NCBI GenBank assembly: GCA_963783305.1 | Contig: CAWAMW010000015.1 | Span: 352,001 to 416,000, forward strand | DNA from: an uncultured Gemmatimonadales bacterium | GTDB taxonomy: Bacteria; Gemmatimonadota; Gemmatimonadetes; Longimicrobiales; RSA9 | Reading direction: 5' to 3' | DNA length: 64,000 nt | Shown here: piece by piece, positions 17,267-26,084 of the stretch | Layout: each line of letters begins with the position of its first letter | How positions within the stretch are numbered: the stretch's first letter is position 1 | Position numbers and translations under genes: made by a program | The notes under the pieces: generated by a model | What the model saw: only the letters and a program-made list of their open reading frames with translations | The model's database searches: none | Told to the model about the DNA's origin: nothing

Positions 17267-17782
17267 ATGCCCATGCGCTGGATCCCGGCTGGACTCGCCA
17301 TGCTGCTGGTCGTCGCCGCCTGCGACGTGCAGGAAGAGAACCCGCCGGCCACCCAGGCCGAGGTGGTCGACCAGGCCGACCGCGCCTACGACCCCGCGGC
17401 CTATGACACGGTCCGCTGGGCGAGCGAGCAGGCCGCCATAGACCGCGGCCGCGACATCTTCAAGTGGGCGTGCGCGGACTGCCACGGCCCCGAGGCCCGG
17501 GGCGATGGCGGGCGCGTGATCGACGGGGACACCATCCGGCCCCCGTCCTTCCACCAGGACGACTGGAAGTACGCCAACGACCCGGACGCGCTCCACCGGA
17601 AGGTCTTCGTGGGCAACAGCCTGGGCATGCCCCACTGGGGGCTCCGCCAGATGCGGCCCCGGGACATCGTGGCCGTCGAGCGCTACATCCGCCACGAGCT
17701 GATCGTGGACGACGGCGCGGCCGGCGCGGACAGCGCGGCCACGGCGGACACCGCGGCAATGGCGGACAGCGCGGCCGGCTGA
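17267..17782 (+). CDS. Monoheme cytochrome c lipoprotein
   Basis: VAAC lipobox, CADCH heme motif, distal MP. Confidence 0.88.
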   Translation: MPMRWIPAGLAMLLVVAACDVQEENPPATQAEVVDQADRAYDPAAYDTVRWASEQAAIDRGRDIFKWACADCHGPEARGDGGRVIDGDTIRPPSFHQDDWKYANDPDALHRKVFVGNSLGMPHWGLRQMRPRDIVAVERYIRHELIVDDGAAGADSAATADTAAMADSAAG

Positions 17783-17845
17783 TCCCTCGTCGGCGGCGGC
17801 GGGTGGGGCAGCGCCCGCCGCTCCTGGAATACCGCCGGGCCGGCG

Positions 17846-19225
17846 CTACTCGTGGTCCGCGTGGACCTGCGCCTTCTTCCGGCGCAGCTCGCCCTCCTTG
17901 GTCCAGTCCTCGATGCGCAGGTAGCTGCGCATGAGGTGGCCGAGGGCGCTCCGGATGGGCTCCGGCGGCCAAGGGATCACGGTCCGGTTGACGAACGGAC
18001 TCTCGGTCAGGTCCGTCTCCTTCTCGAGGATCAGGTCCCGGATGGTCTGGGCGTTCAGGTGCGTCATGGAAACGCCGTGTCCAATGCACCCGAGGCTGTA
18101 GACCGCCTGCTCATTGCCCACGTAGCCGATGGCCGGGTTCAGGTCGAGCGTGACCGAGAAGGGGCCGCCCCACCGGTGGGTGAACTTCACGTCTCGCAGG
18201 TGCGGGAAAGTGACCCGGAGGTGCTCCGCCTGCTCCTGCCACGCGTGCTCGGACCGGTCGTGGTCCAGGTCGTTCGCCCAGCTGAACCCTACCGGCCCGG
18301 CGCCAATAGCGATGCGGTTGTCCGAGGTCAGGCGGTAGAAGTGGATGAGGTTGCGGGCATCCTCCACCCCTTCCCTCCCCTTCCAGCCGATGGGCTCGAG
18401 CTGCTCCTCCGTGAGCGGCTCCGTGGCCTGCATGTAGGTGAACGCCGGCACCTGCTTCCGCTTGAGCGATGGGAACAGATGCGAGTAGGCGTTCGTCGCG
18501 AATACGACCTTCTCCGCCGTCACGGTTCCGCCCGGCGTCTCCAGCCGCAGCGGCTTGCCTTCCTGACGCCGGACCTTCGTGACGGGCGAGTTCTCGTACA
18601 CCCGCGCCCCCACCCGCTCCGCCAGCTCCCGCTCCGCCCGCACCAGCTTGAGCGGATGGATGAGCACCAGCCGCGGCTCCCACATGGCGCCCATATGGAG
18701 CGGTGAGTTCACCCGCTCCCGGACGTCCTCCCCCTCCAGGTAGTGGATGTCGTCGAAGCCGAGCGAGTTCATGAGCTCGACCTCCTTCCGGATCTTCTTC
18801 TGGTACCCGCTCGTCGTGGCGACCCGGAGGAACCCCGGTCGGATGGCGTCCGCGTCCAGCTCCTCGCGCTGGATCAGCTCCCAGAGCGTGTCCACCGCCC
18901 GCTCCATGTACCGGTGCGCCCGCGCCAGGTAGTCCTTGCCCTTGATCAGGGCCGTAGCGGAGAACCCGAGCCCCACCACGGTCATCCCGAAGGACCCGTT
19001 CCGACCGCTGGACCCGTAGCCGATCTCCCGCGCCTCCAGCACCGCCACCTCCAGACCGGGATCGGCGCGCTTCAGCTCGTAGGCCGTGGTCAGCCCCGTA
19101 AAGCCGCCCCCGATGATCGCCACGTCCACCGTGCGGTCCTCGGTGAGGGACGGGCCGGGGGTGTAGGGACCGTACGTCTCCTGCCACATGGAGTCGGGCG
19201 GGTCCGGAAACGACATGGACATCAT
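17846..19225 (-). CDS. FAD-dependent amine/amino-acid oxidoreductase (DAO family, PuuB/OrdL-like)
   Basis: [25 protein letters not shown]. Confidence 0.88.
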   Translation of the reverse strand: MMSMSFPDPPDSMWQETYGPYTPGPSLTEDRTVDVAIIGGGFTGLTTAYELKRADPGLEVAVLEAREIGYGSSGRNGSFGMTVVGLGFSATALIKGKDYLARAHRYMERAVDTLWELIQREELDADAIRPGFLRVATTSGYQKKIRKEVELMNSLGFDDIHYLEGEDVRERVNSPLHMGAMWEPRLVLIHPLKLVRAERELAERVGARVYENSPVTKVRRQEGKPLRLETPGGTVTAEKVVFATNAYSHLFPSLKRKQVPAFTYMQATEPLTEEQLEPIGWKGREGVEDARNLIHFYRLTSDNRIAIGAGPVGFSWANDLDHDRSEHAWQEQAEHLRVTFPHLRDVKFTHRWGGPFSVTLDLNPAIGYVGNEQAVYSLGCIGHGVSMTHLNAQTIRDLILEKETDLTESPFVNRTVIPWPPEPIRSALGHLMRSYLRIEDWTKEGELRRKKAQVHADHE

Positions 19226-19301
19226 GGTCTCCTGGCTGGGTTGAGGGCGTCGGGCGAGGCGGGACCATCATGCGATGGGACAGCCCCGCGGACAAGTCGA
19301 A

Positions 19302-19412
19302 GTCGATAGCGAGGGCGAAGCCCGACGCTCGAGAGTCCAATAGCGAGGGCGAAGCCCGACGCGTTCGATAGCGAGCAGAGCGAGCGTTCGACAGGCCGCG
19401 CAGCGGCCGTTC
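19302..19412. repeat. REP/BIME-like palindromic mosaic, inverted relative to 13503-13604
   Basis: TAGCGAGGGCGAAGCCCGACGC twice; reverse complement matches about 13531-13604. Confidence 0.75.
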
Positions 19413-19416
19413 GCCT

Positions 19417-21042
19417 CTACCCCGCCGCGATCGCCTCCAGAAACACCGCCCCATACCGCTCTAGCTTCTTCGGCCCCACGCCAGAGATGTCGAGGAGCTC
19501 CGCGGCGGTCGTGGGGCGCTGGTCGCACATGGCGCGGAGTACGCGGTCGTTGAAGACGATGTAGGCGGGGACGCCGCGCTCGTCCGCGAGCTCCTTGCGC
19601 AGGGCCCGGAGCCGGTCGAAGAGGGGGTCTGCATCCGGATCGAAGGCCGGGGGCGGGGCGTCGTCCCAGGTGGCGGCGCCGGAGTCGAGGCCGTGGTCCT
19701 CGGGGGTGGAGCGGGCGGCGAAGGAGGACCGGCCGGCGGAGGAGGCGCGGCGCGCGGTGCGCCCGGAGCGCCCGGATCGGATCCCGGCGCGCAGCATGGC
19801 GTCGGCGGCCATGTCCGCGACGGTCACGCCGCGGCAGATGTCGCAGGCATCGCCGCACGGGTCGATGGCCTCATCGAAGTAGCCGACGATGGCCTGGTGC
19901 CGACAGCTCGCGGCCTCGACCATCCGGTAGAGGTCTGCGATGGAGCGGCGCTTCAGCTCCCGCATGGTCTCGTCCTCAATGTCGCTCAGGAACCGCTCCT
20001 GCAGCTTCACGTCGGCCCAGGAGTAAAAGAGGAAGCAGTCGGAGTCGAGGCCATCGCGGCCGGCGCGGCCGATCTCCTGGTACCAGCTCTCCACGTCCTT
20101 GGGCATGTCCTGGTGGATCACGAACCGGACATTGGATTTGTCGATTCCCATCCCGAAAGCGATCGTGGCGACGATCACTTCCACCTCGTCTTTCTGGAAC
20201 GCCTCCTGGTTCGACGCCCGCTCGTCGTCACTCATCCCGGCGTGGTACGGCAGCGCGGCGATCCCGTGCTTCGACAGGTGCGCGGCGGTGCGCTCCACGC
20301 TCTTCCGCGACAGGCAGTAGACGATCCCCGCCTGCCCCGCCCGCTCCCGCACGAGCGCCAGGATCTCCTTCTTGGTGTTGCCGCCCTGGCCCTTCTTCCG
20401 CGCGTGGATGTGCAGGTTCCGCCGGAAGAACGACCCCTTGAACCCCTTCGGCTTCCGCATCCCCAGCTGGACCAGGATGTCCCGGGCCACCTGGCGGGTG
20501 GCCGTGGCCGTGAGGGCGAGCGCCGGTACGCCGAGCTCCTGGTTGATGCCCTGGAGCCGCCGGTAGCTCGGCCGGAAGTCGTGGCCCCACTGGCTGATGC
20601 AGTGCGCCTCGTCCACCACGAGGAGCGACAGCGGCCACGTCCGGAGCGCCCCGCGGAGCGACCCGTCCAGCGCCTCCGGGGCCATGTAGACGACCTCGTA
20701 CTCGCCCCTACGGATCCCGTCCATGCACGCCATCCGCTCCTCCCACCCCATGCTGGAGTTGAGCGCGGTGGCGCGGAACCCGAGCTCCGTCAGCGCGTCC
20801 ACCTGGTCCTTCATCAGGCTGATGAGGGGCGAGATGACCAGCACGGTGCCCGGCAGGAGCCGGGCGGGCAGCTGGAACGTCAGCGACTTCCCCGCCCCCG
20901 TGGGCATCACGGCGATGCAGTCGTGCCCCTCCAGCACCGCCTCGATCACGGTCTCCTGGCCGGGGCGGAAGGTGTCGTAGCCGAAGACGTCCCGGAGGAC
21001 CTCGTACGCCTCGGGTCGCGCTGTGATGACGGTCTGGATCAT
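19417..21042 (-). CDS. recQ: RecQ family ATP-dependent DNA helicase with HRDC domain
   Basis: [40 protein letters not shown], Zn-site Cys residues, HRDC. Confidence 0.95.
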   Translation of the reverse strand: MIQTVITARPEAYEVLRDVFGYDTFRPGQETVIEAVLEGHDCIAVMPTGAGKSLTFQLPARLLPGTVLVISPLISLMKDQVDALTELGFRATALNSSMGWEERMACMDGIRRGEYEVVYMAPEALDGSLRGALRTWPLSLLVVDEAHCISQWGHDFRPSYRRLQGINQELGVPALALTATATRQVARDILVQLGMRKPKGFKGSFFRRNLHIHARKKGQGGNTKKEILALVRERAGQAGIVYCLSRKSVERTAAHLSKHGIAALPYHAGMSDDERASNQEAFQKDEVEVIVATIAFGMGIDKSNVRFVIHQDMPKDVESWYQEIGRAGRDGLDSDCFLFYSWADVKLQERFLSDIEDETMRELKRRSIADLYRMVEAASCRHQAIVGYFDEAIDPCGDACDICRGVTVADMAADAMLRAGIRSGRSGRTARRASSAGRSSFAARSTPEDHGLDSGAATWDDAPPPAFDPDADPLFDRLRALRKELADERGVPAYIVFNDRVLRAMCDQRPTTAAELLDISGVGPKKLERYGAVFLEAIAAG

Positions 21043-21206
21043 GGACACAAACGGTAAGACATCGAACGGGGCACGAACATAACGGAACGGGACGGATGGT
21101 GCCGCTCTCCGGCTGTGCGCGCCCCGGCCGTGTGGCCACCGGCGCACCCCCCGGGCTACCTTCCCCGGCGGTTCCACACCCCCATCCCCCACACCCCCAT
21201 CCTGCC

Positions 21207-22334
21207 ATGACAGATCGCACATCCCGCCGTGAGTTCCTGCAGACCGCCGCCGTCACCGTGGGCGCGGCCGCCGTGGGCTCGGCCGCCCTGCCGCGCGCGC
21301 TCGATGGAGCACCGTACATCCGGCGGTCTGCCACACGGCCGGCCGCCATCTCGAGCAGCAACGGCCTCACCGCGGTCCGGCACGCGGTGGAAACGCTGGA
21401 GCAGGGGGGCGACACGCTCGAGGCGGTGATCGAGGGCGTCAACATCGTGGAGCTGGACCCGGAGGACATGAGCGTCGGATACGGCGGCCTCCCGAACGAG
21501 GACGGCGTGGTCCAGCTGGACTCGTCGGTGATGCACGGTCCGTCCCGGGGCGCGGGCGCGGTGGGGGCGCTGGAGGGGGTGAAGACACCGTCCAGGGTGG
21601 CGGTGGCCATCATGCGTCACACCGACCATGTCATGCTCGTGGGCGCGGGGGCGCAGGCGTTCGCGCGCCGGATGGGCTTCGAGATCCACGAATCGCTGCT
21701 GACGCCCGCGTCGCGCGAGCGGTGGCTCCGCTGGAAGGCCGGCCTCTCCGAGCGGGACGACTGGCTGGCCCCCGGCGAGACGGGGCTCGGCGAGTCGGAG
21801 TTCCTCCGCGACCTGACGAGCGACGGCGCGCCGGCCGCTCGCGGCGCCATGCTCGATTCCCACGACGGAGTGCGGCCGTGGGGGACCATCAACTGCAGCG
21901 CAGTGGACCGGAACGGCGACCTGTCGGGCGTCACCACAACCAGCGGGCTGGCGTGGAAGATCCCCGGTCGGGTGGGCGACTCCCCGATCATAGGCGCCGG
22001 GCTCTACGTCGACAACGACGTTGGCGCGGCCGGCTCCACCGGGCGCGGTGAGGCCGTGATCAAGACGGTGGGCAGCCACACCGTCGTCGAGATGATGCGT
22101 CAGGGCATGAGTCCCACCGACGCCGCCCTGGAGGCGCTCCGGCGGATCGTCCGCTGGAGCGAGGCCCAGCCGCGCCTCCTACGCGATGACGGCCGCCCGG
22201 CCTTCAACGCCAACTACTACGCGCTGAACCGGACCGGCGAGTACGGCGCGGCCGCCCTCTGGCCGTCCGACTTCGCCGTGGCCACACCGGCCGGGGCCGA
22301 GGTCCGCGACTCCGCGCACCTCTTCGAGGAGTAG
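21207..22334 (+). CDS. Glycosylasparaginase/isoaspartyl peptidase (Ntn hydrolase), Tat-exported
   Basis: SRREFL Tat motif; [10 protein letters not shown](I) nucleophile site, [17 protein letters not shown]. Confidence 0.9.
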   Translation: MTDRTSRREFLQTAAVTVGAAAVGSAALPRALDGAPYIRRSATRPAAISSSNGLTAVRHAVETLEQGGDTLEAVIEGVNIVELDPEDMSVGYGGLPNEDGVVQLDSSVMHGPSRGAGAVGALEGVKTPSRVAVAIMRHTDHVMLVGAGAQAFARRMGFEIHESLLTPASRERWLRWKAGLSERDDWLAPGETGLGESEFLRDLTSDGAPAARGAMLDSHDGVRPWGTINCSAVDRNGDLSGVTTTSGLAWKIPGRVGDSPIIGAGLYVDNDVGAAGSTGRGEAVIKTVGSHTVVEMMRQGMSPTDAALEALRRIVRWSEAQPRLLRDDGRPAFNANYYALNRTGEYGAAALWPSDFAVATPAGAEVRDSAHLFEE

Positions 22335-22380
22335 GCGGAGGGCTCATTGGCGCGGCGCCCTTGGGAAATTCGGGTCCCCC

Positions 22381-22567
22381 TGCGGGCCGAAAGCGCCGCC
22401 GCCAATCGACCGGACGCCGCCTGGCGGATACGCGTCGGTATGCGGGGCGAAATCGCCACCCGTCGACGAAGCGTACGCCGCCTGGCGGATACGCGTCGGT
22501 ATGCGGGGCGAAATCGCCACCCGTCGACGAAGCGGACGCCCCTGACGGATACGCGTCGGTATGCGGG
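22381..22567. repeat. 61-bp tandem repeat, about 2.6 copies plus a degenerate partial copy
   Basis: Units start at 22411, 22472 and 22533. Confidence 0.9.
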
Positions 22568-22596
22568 TCGATCTCGCGCCGGCGCGGCGGCCGGCG

Positions 22597-24150
22597 CTAC
22601 GCCACGTAGCCCCGCGCCAGCTCACGGAACGCCGTCACCTGCTCGTCGCGCCACGCCTCGTCCCGGCCCAACTCCGCGGCCATGAGCGCGGCCACGCGCG
22701 GCGCCAGCTCCATGGCCGCGCGGGCGTCCAGCAGCAGGATCCGCATCCGGCGCGACAGCACGTCCTCCACCGTCCGCGCCATCTCCATCCGCGTCGCCCA
22801 CACCACCTCGCCCACCCGGTGCGGGAAGGACGGGTGCAGCGGCTCGCCCCAGGACGGGTCCTCCCGGAACAGCTCCCGCATCGCTGGCGCGTCCGAGCCG
22901 TAATGCTCCAGTTCGCCGAACCGCTCCGCCTGCGCATGGTGCCCATGGATGTGCAGCTTCTTCGTCACGCACGGCCTGTCCTCCAGCTCGGCCAACGTCG
23001 CCGCCTGGTCCACCACGTCCTCGGCCATCTTCCGGTACGTCGTCCACTTCCCACCGGCGATGGTGATCAGCCCCGAATCACTGATCAGCAGCGTGTGGTC
23101 CCGCGACAACGATGCCGTATCGGCCTCCCCCTCCGACCCCACCAGCGGACGCAGACCCGCGAAAACGCTCAGCACGTCCTCCCGCTTCGGGTCCCGCTCC
23201 AGGTACCGGCCCGCGTGCTCCAGCAGGAACGCGATCTCCTCCTCCAGCGGCACCGGCTCCAGCAGCGCCTCGTCCATCGGCGTGTCCGTCGTCCCCACCA
23301 CCACCCGGTCCAGCCACGGGATGGCGAACAGCACGCGTCCGTCATCGGTTTTCGGCACCATGATGGCGCTCTCGCCGGGCAAGAACTCCCTGGGGAGCAC
23401 GAGGTGCACACCCTGGCTGGGGCGGATGATCGGCCCGACACCCGGCCGGTCCAACCGACGCAGCTCGTCCGCCCACGGGCCGGTGGCGTTCACCACCGCG
23501 CGCGCCGAAAGCTCGTAGCTCGCGCCGGTCTCCCGGTCGGTGGCGACCACGCCGGTCACCTCACCGTCGTCGTGGAGCAGCCCCGTCACGCGCGCGTAGT
23601 TGAGGAGGATGCCGCCCTGGGCGGCGGCGGTACGGGCGAGGGCGACGGCGAGGCGGGCGTCGTCGAACTGGCCGTCGTAGTAGATGACGCCGCCGGTCAG
23701 TCCCTCGGGCTCCAGGGTCGGGAGGAGCTGGAGCGTGCGGTCGCGGGAGAGGACGCGGGATCGGCCGAACCCCTGCTTGCCGGCCAGAAGGTCGTACATC
23801 TTGAGGCCGATGCCGTAGAACGGACCCTCCCACCACTCGTAGTTGGGCACCACGAAGGAGAGGTTCCGGACCAGGTGCGGGGCGTTGGCCCGGAGGTAGC
23901 CACGCTCCTTGAGCGCGTCGATCACGAGCGCCACGTTCCCCTGCTGGAGGTAGCGGACGCCGCCGTGCACCAGCTTGGTGCTCCGGCTCGACGTCCCCTG
24001 GGCGAAGTCGCCCTGCTCCAGGAGCAGTGTCTGGTACCCCCGCGACGCGGCGTCCACCGCTACACCCAGACCCGTGGCGCCGCCCCCCACTACGATGATG
24101 TCCCAGCGATCCTCGCCCGCGAGGGCGGCCATCATGGATTCACGTTTCAT
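22597..24150 (-). CDS. glpD: FAD-dependent glycerol-3-phosphate dehydrogenase/oxidase
   Basis: GGGATG, GTSSRSTKLVHGGVRYL, DGQFDDARL, GGKWTTYR. Confidence 0.95.
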   Translation of the reverse strand: MKRESMMAALAGEDRWDIIVVGGGATGLGVAVDAASRGYQTLLLEQGDFAQGTSSRSTKLVHGGVRYLQQGNVALVIDALKERGYLRANAPHLVRNLSFVVPNYEWWEGPFYGIGLKMYDLLAGKQGFGRSRVLSRDRTLQLLPTLEPEGLTGGVIYYDGQFDDARLAVALARTAAAQGGILLNYARVTGLLHDDGEVTGVVATDRETGASYELSARAVVNATGPWADELRRLDRPGVGPIIRPSQGVHLVLPREFLPGESAIMVPKTDDGRVLFAIPWLDRVVVGTTDTPMDEALLEPVPLEEEIAFLLEHAGRYLERDPKREDVLSVFAGLRPLVGSEGEADTASLSRDHTLLISDSGLITIAGGKWTTYRKMAEDVVDQAATLAELEDRPCVTKKLHIHGHHAQAERFGELEHYGSDAPAMRELFREDPSWGEPLHPSFPHRVGEVVWATRMEMARTVEDVLSRRMRILLLDARAAMELAPRVAALMAAELGRDEAWRDEQVTAFRELARGYVA

Positions 24151-24663
24151 GACGACATTCTGCGAAGGCCGCGCCCTTCGCGCCACGCGCGGCGGCTGCG
24201 GCGGGTCCCGTTCCGCACAGGGCTGCGGTCACGGTACGGGTGGGCGGCTTCGAGGCCGGGGCCCGCGTGGGCATCGGGATGGGGCGGCCGGAGTCGGAGC
24301 ACGATGGGGTCAGTCACGCCCCGGCGAACGAGTCTGGCGAGGTGGTGGAGATCCCCTCGGCGGGCTGACGGGCTTGCCCCGGCCGCCCTCCCGCCGCACG
24401 TTACGCCAACCGCCGGTGGGGGGACCCGCTGGCACCGATTCCCCGGTCGACTCGATACCGCATCATGCGACCAGGATCACACCGTGGCTCCCCGGCCGCG
24501 GTGGGAGCAGTGGGTGACGTGAGCCGGACCGGCCGTTCTGCGGCGGTCGCAGGTCGACTCGCGCCGGTCACACGCTTCCCCATGCCCGACTCACCATACT
24601 TCCGAATCCACTCCGATCCCCCTGTATCGGCCGACCGCGTTCGGCCGTGAAAGGCACGCTCCG

Positions 24664-26025
24664 ATGACGGATTACCTGTCGGGCCTCATGGCCGATGTGA
24701 AGGCCAAGGACCCCGCGCAGCCGGAATTCCACCAGGCGGTCCACGAGGTCGCCGAGTCCATACAGCTCGTGCTCGACCGGCACCCGGAGTATCGGGCGTC
24801 GAAGATCCTGGAGCGGATCATCGAGCCGGAGCGGGTGATCATGTTCCGGGTCCCCTGGCTGGACGACGAGGGGGAGCCGCAGGTGAACCGTGGGTTCCGG
24901 ATCGAGATGAACAGCGCCATCGGGCCGTACAAGGGCGGCCTGCGGTTCCACGCGTCGGTAAACCTCGGGATCCTGAAGTTCCTGGCGTTCGAGCAGGTGT
25001 TCAAGAACGCCCTCACCACGCTGCCCATGGGCGGCGGGAAGGGCGGGAGCGACTTCGACCCCAAGGGGAAGAGCGACAACGAGGTCATGCGGTTCTGTCA
25101 GAGCTTCATGACGGAGCTCTACCGCCACATCGGGCCGAACACCGATATCCCCGCGGGTGACATCGGCGTAGGGGGCCGCGAAGTCGGCTACCTGTTCGGC
25201 CAGTACAAGCGGATCGCGAACGAGTTCACCGGCGTCCTCACGGGCAAGGGCCTGAACTGGGGCGGGTCGCTGATCCGACCGGAGGCGACCGGCTACGGAG
25301 CGGTCTATTTCGCCATGAACATGCTCGGCACCCGCAACGATACGCTGGAAGGGAAGGTCTGCCTGGTGTCCGGGTCCGGGAACGTGGCGCAGTACACCGT
25401 GGAGAAGCTGCTGGACCTGGGCGCCAGAGTGGTGACCATGTCCGACTCCAACGGCTCCATCTTCGACCCCACCGGCTTCGACCGCGAGAAGCTCGAGTTC
25501 GTCATGGACCTGAAGAACAAGCGCCGCGGCCGGATCGAGGAGTACGCGGAGCGATTCCCGGACGGGGAGTACACGCCGACCGAGCAGGACCGCGACCACG
25601 ACCCGCTCTGGAACCACGCCGCCGACTGTGCGTTCCCGAGCGCAACGCAGAACGAGATCAATGCGCAGGACGCGGAGAACCTGCTGGCGAACGGGGTCTT
25701 CGTGGTGTCGGAGGGCGCCAACATGCCCACGGTGCCGGACGGCGTGCAGGCCTTCGTCGATGCCGGCATCCTGTACGGCCCCGGGAAGGCCGCCAACGCC
25801 GGCGGCGTGGCCGTGTCGGGTCTCGAGATGGCGCAGAACAGCATGCGCTACGCCTGGACACGCGATGAGGTGGACGGCCGGCTCCAGATGATCATGAAGG
25901 ACATCCACGACACCTGCCTGGAAGCCGCCGAGCGGTTCGGTGCGCCGGGCAATTACGTCCATGGGGCGAACATCGCCGGATTCCTCAAGGTGGCGGATGC
26001 CATGATCGATCAGGGGATGGTCTGA
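24664..26025 (+). CDS. gdhA: NADP-specific glutamate dehydrogenase
   Basis: GPYKGGLRFH, GGGKGG, PAGDIGVG, RPEATGYG, GSGNVA. Confidence 0.96.
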   Translation: MTDYLSGLMADVKAKDPAQPEFHQAVHEVAESIQLVLDRHPEYRASKILERIIEPERVIMFRVPWLDDEGEPQVNRGFRIEMNSAIGPYKGGLRFHASVNLGILKFLAFEQVFKNALTTLPMGGGKGGSDFDPKGKSDNEVMRFCQSFMTELYRHIGPNTDIPAGDIGVGGREVGYLFGQYKRIANEFTGVLTGKGLNWGGSLIRPEATGYGAVYFAMNMLGTRNDTLEGKVCLVSGSGNVAQYTVEKLLDLGARVVTMSDSNGSIFDPTGFDREKLEFVMDLKNKRRGRIEEYAERFPDGEYTPTEQDRDHDPLWNHAADCAFPSATQNEINAQDAENLLANGVFVVSEGANMPTVPDGVQAFVDAGILYGPGKAANAGGVAVSGLEMAQNSMRYAWTRDEVDGRLQMIMKDIHDTCLEAAERFGAPGNYVHGANIAGFLKVADAMIDQGMV

Positions 26026-26084
26026 GTACTCGCTTCGAGCACGCGGAGTGGCACGGCAGCGGCGCCGGCGGCTTCCAGGAGCTG

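Noticed and set aside
22381..22567. Possible CRISPR array
   Set aside because: Units are contiguous tandem copies without unique spacers, and no cas genes are present
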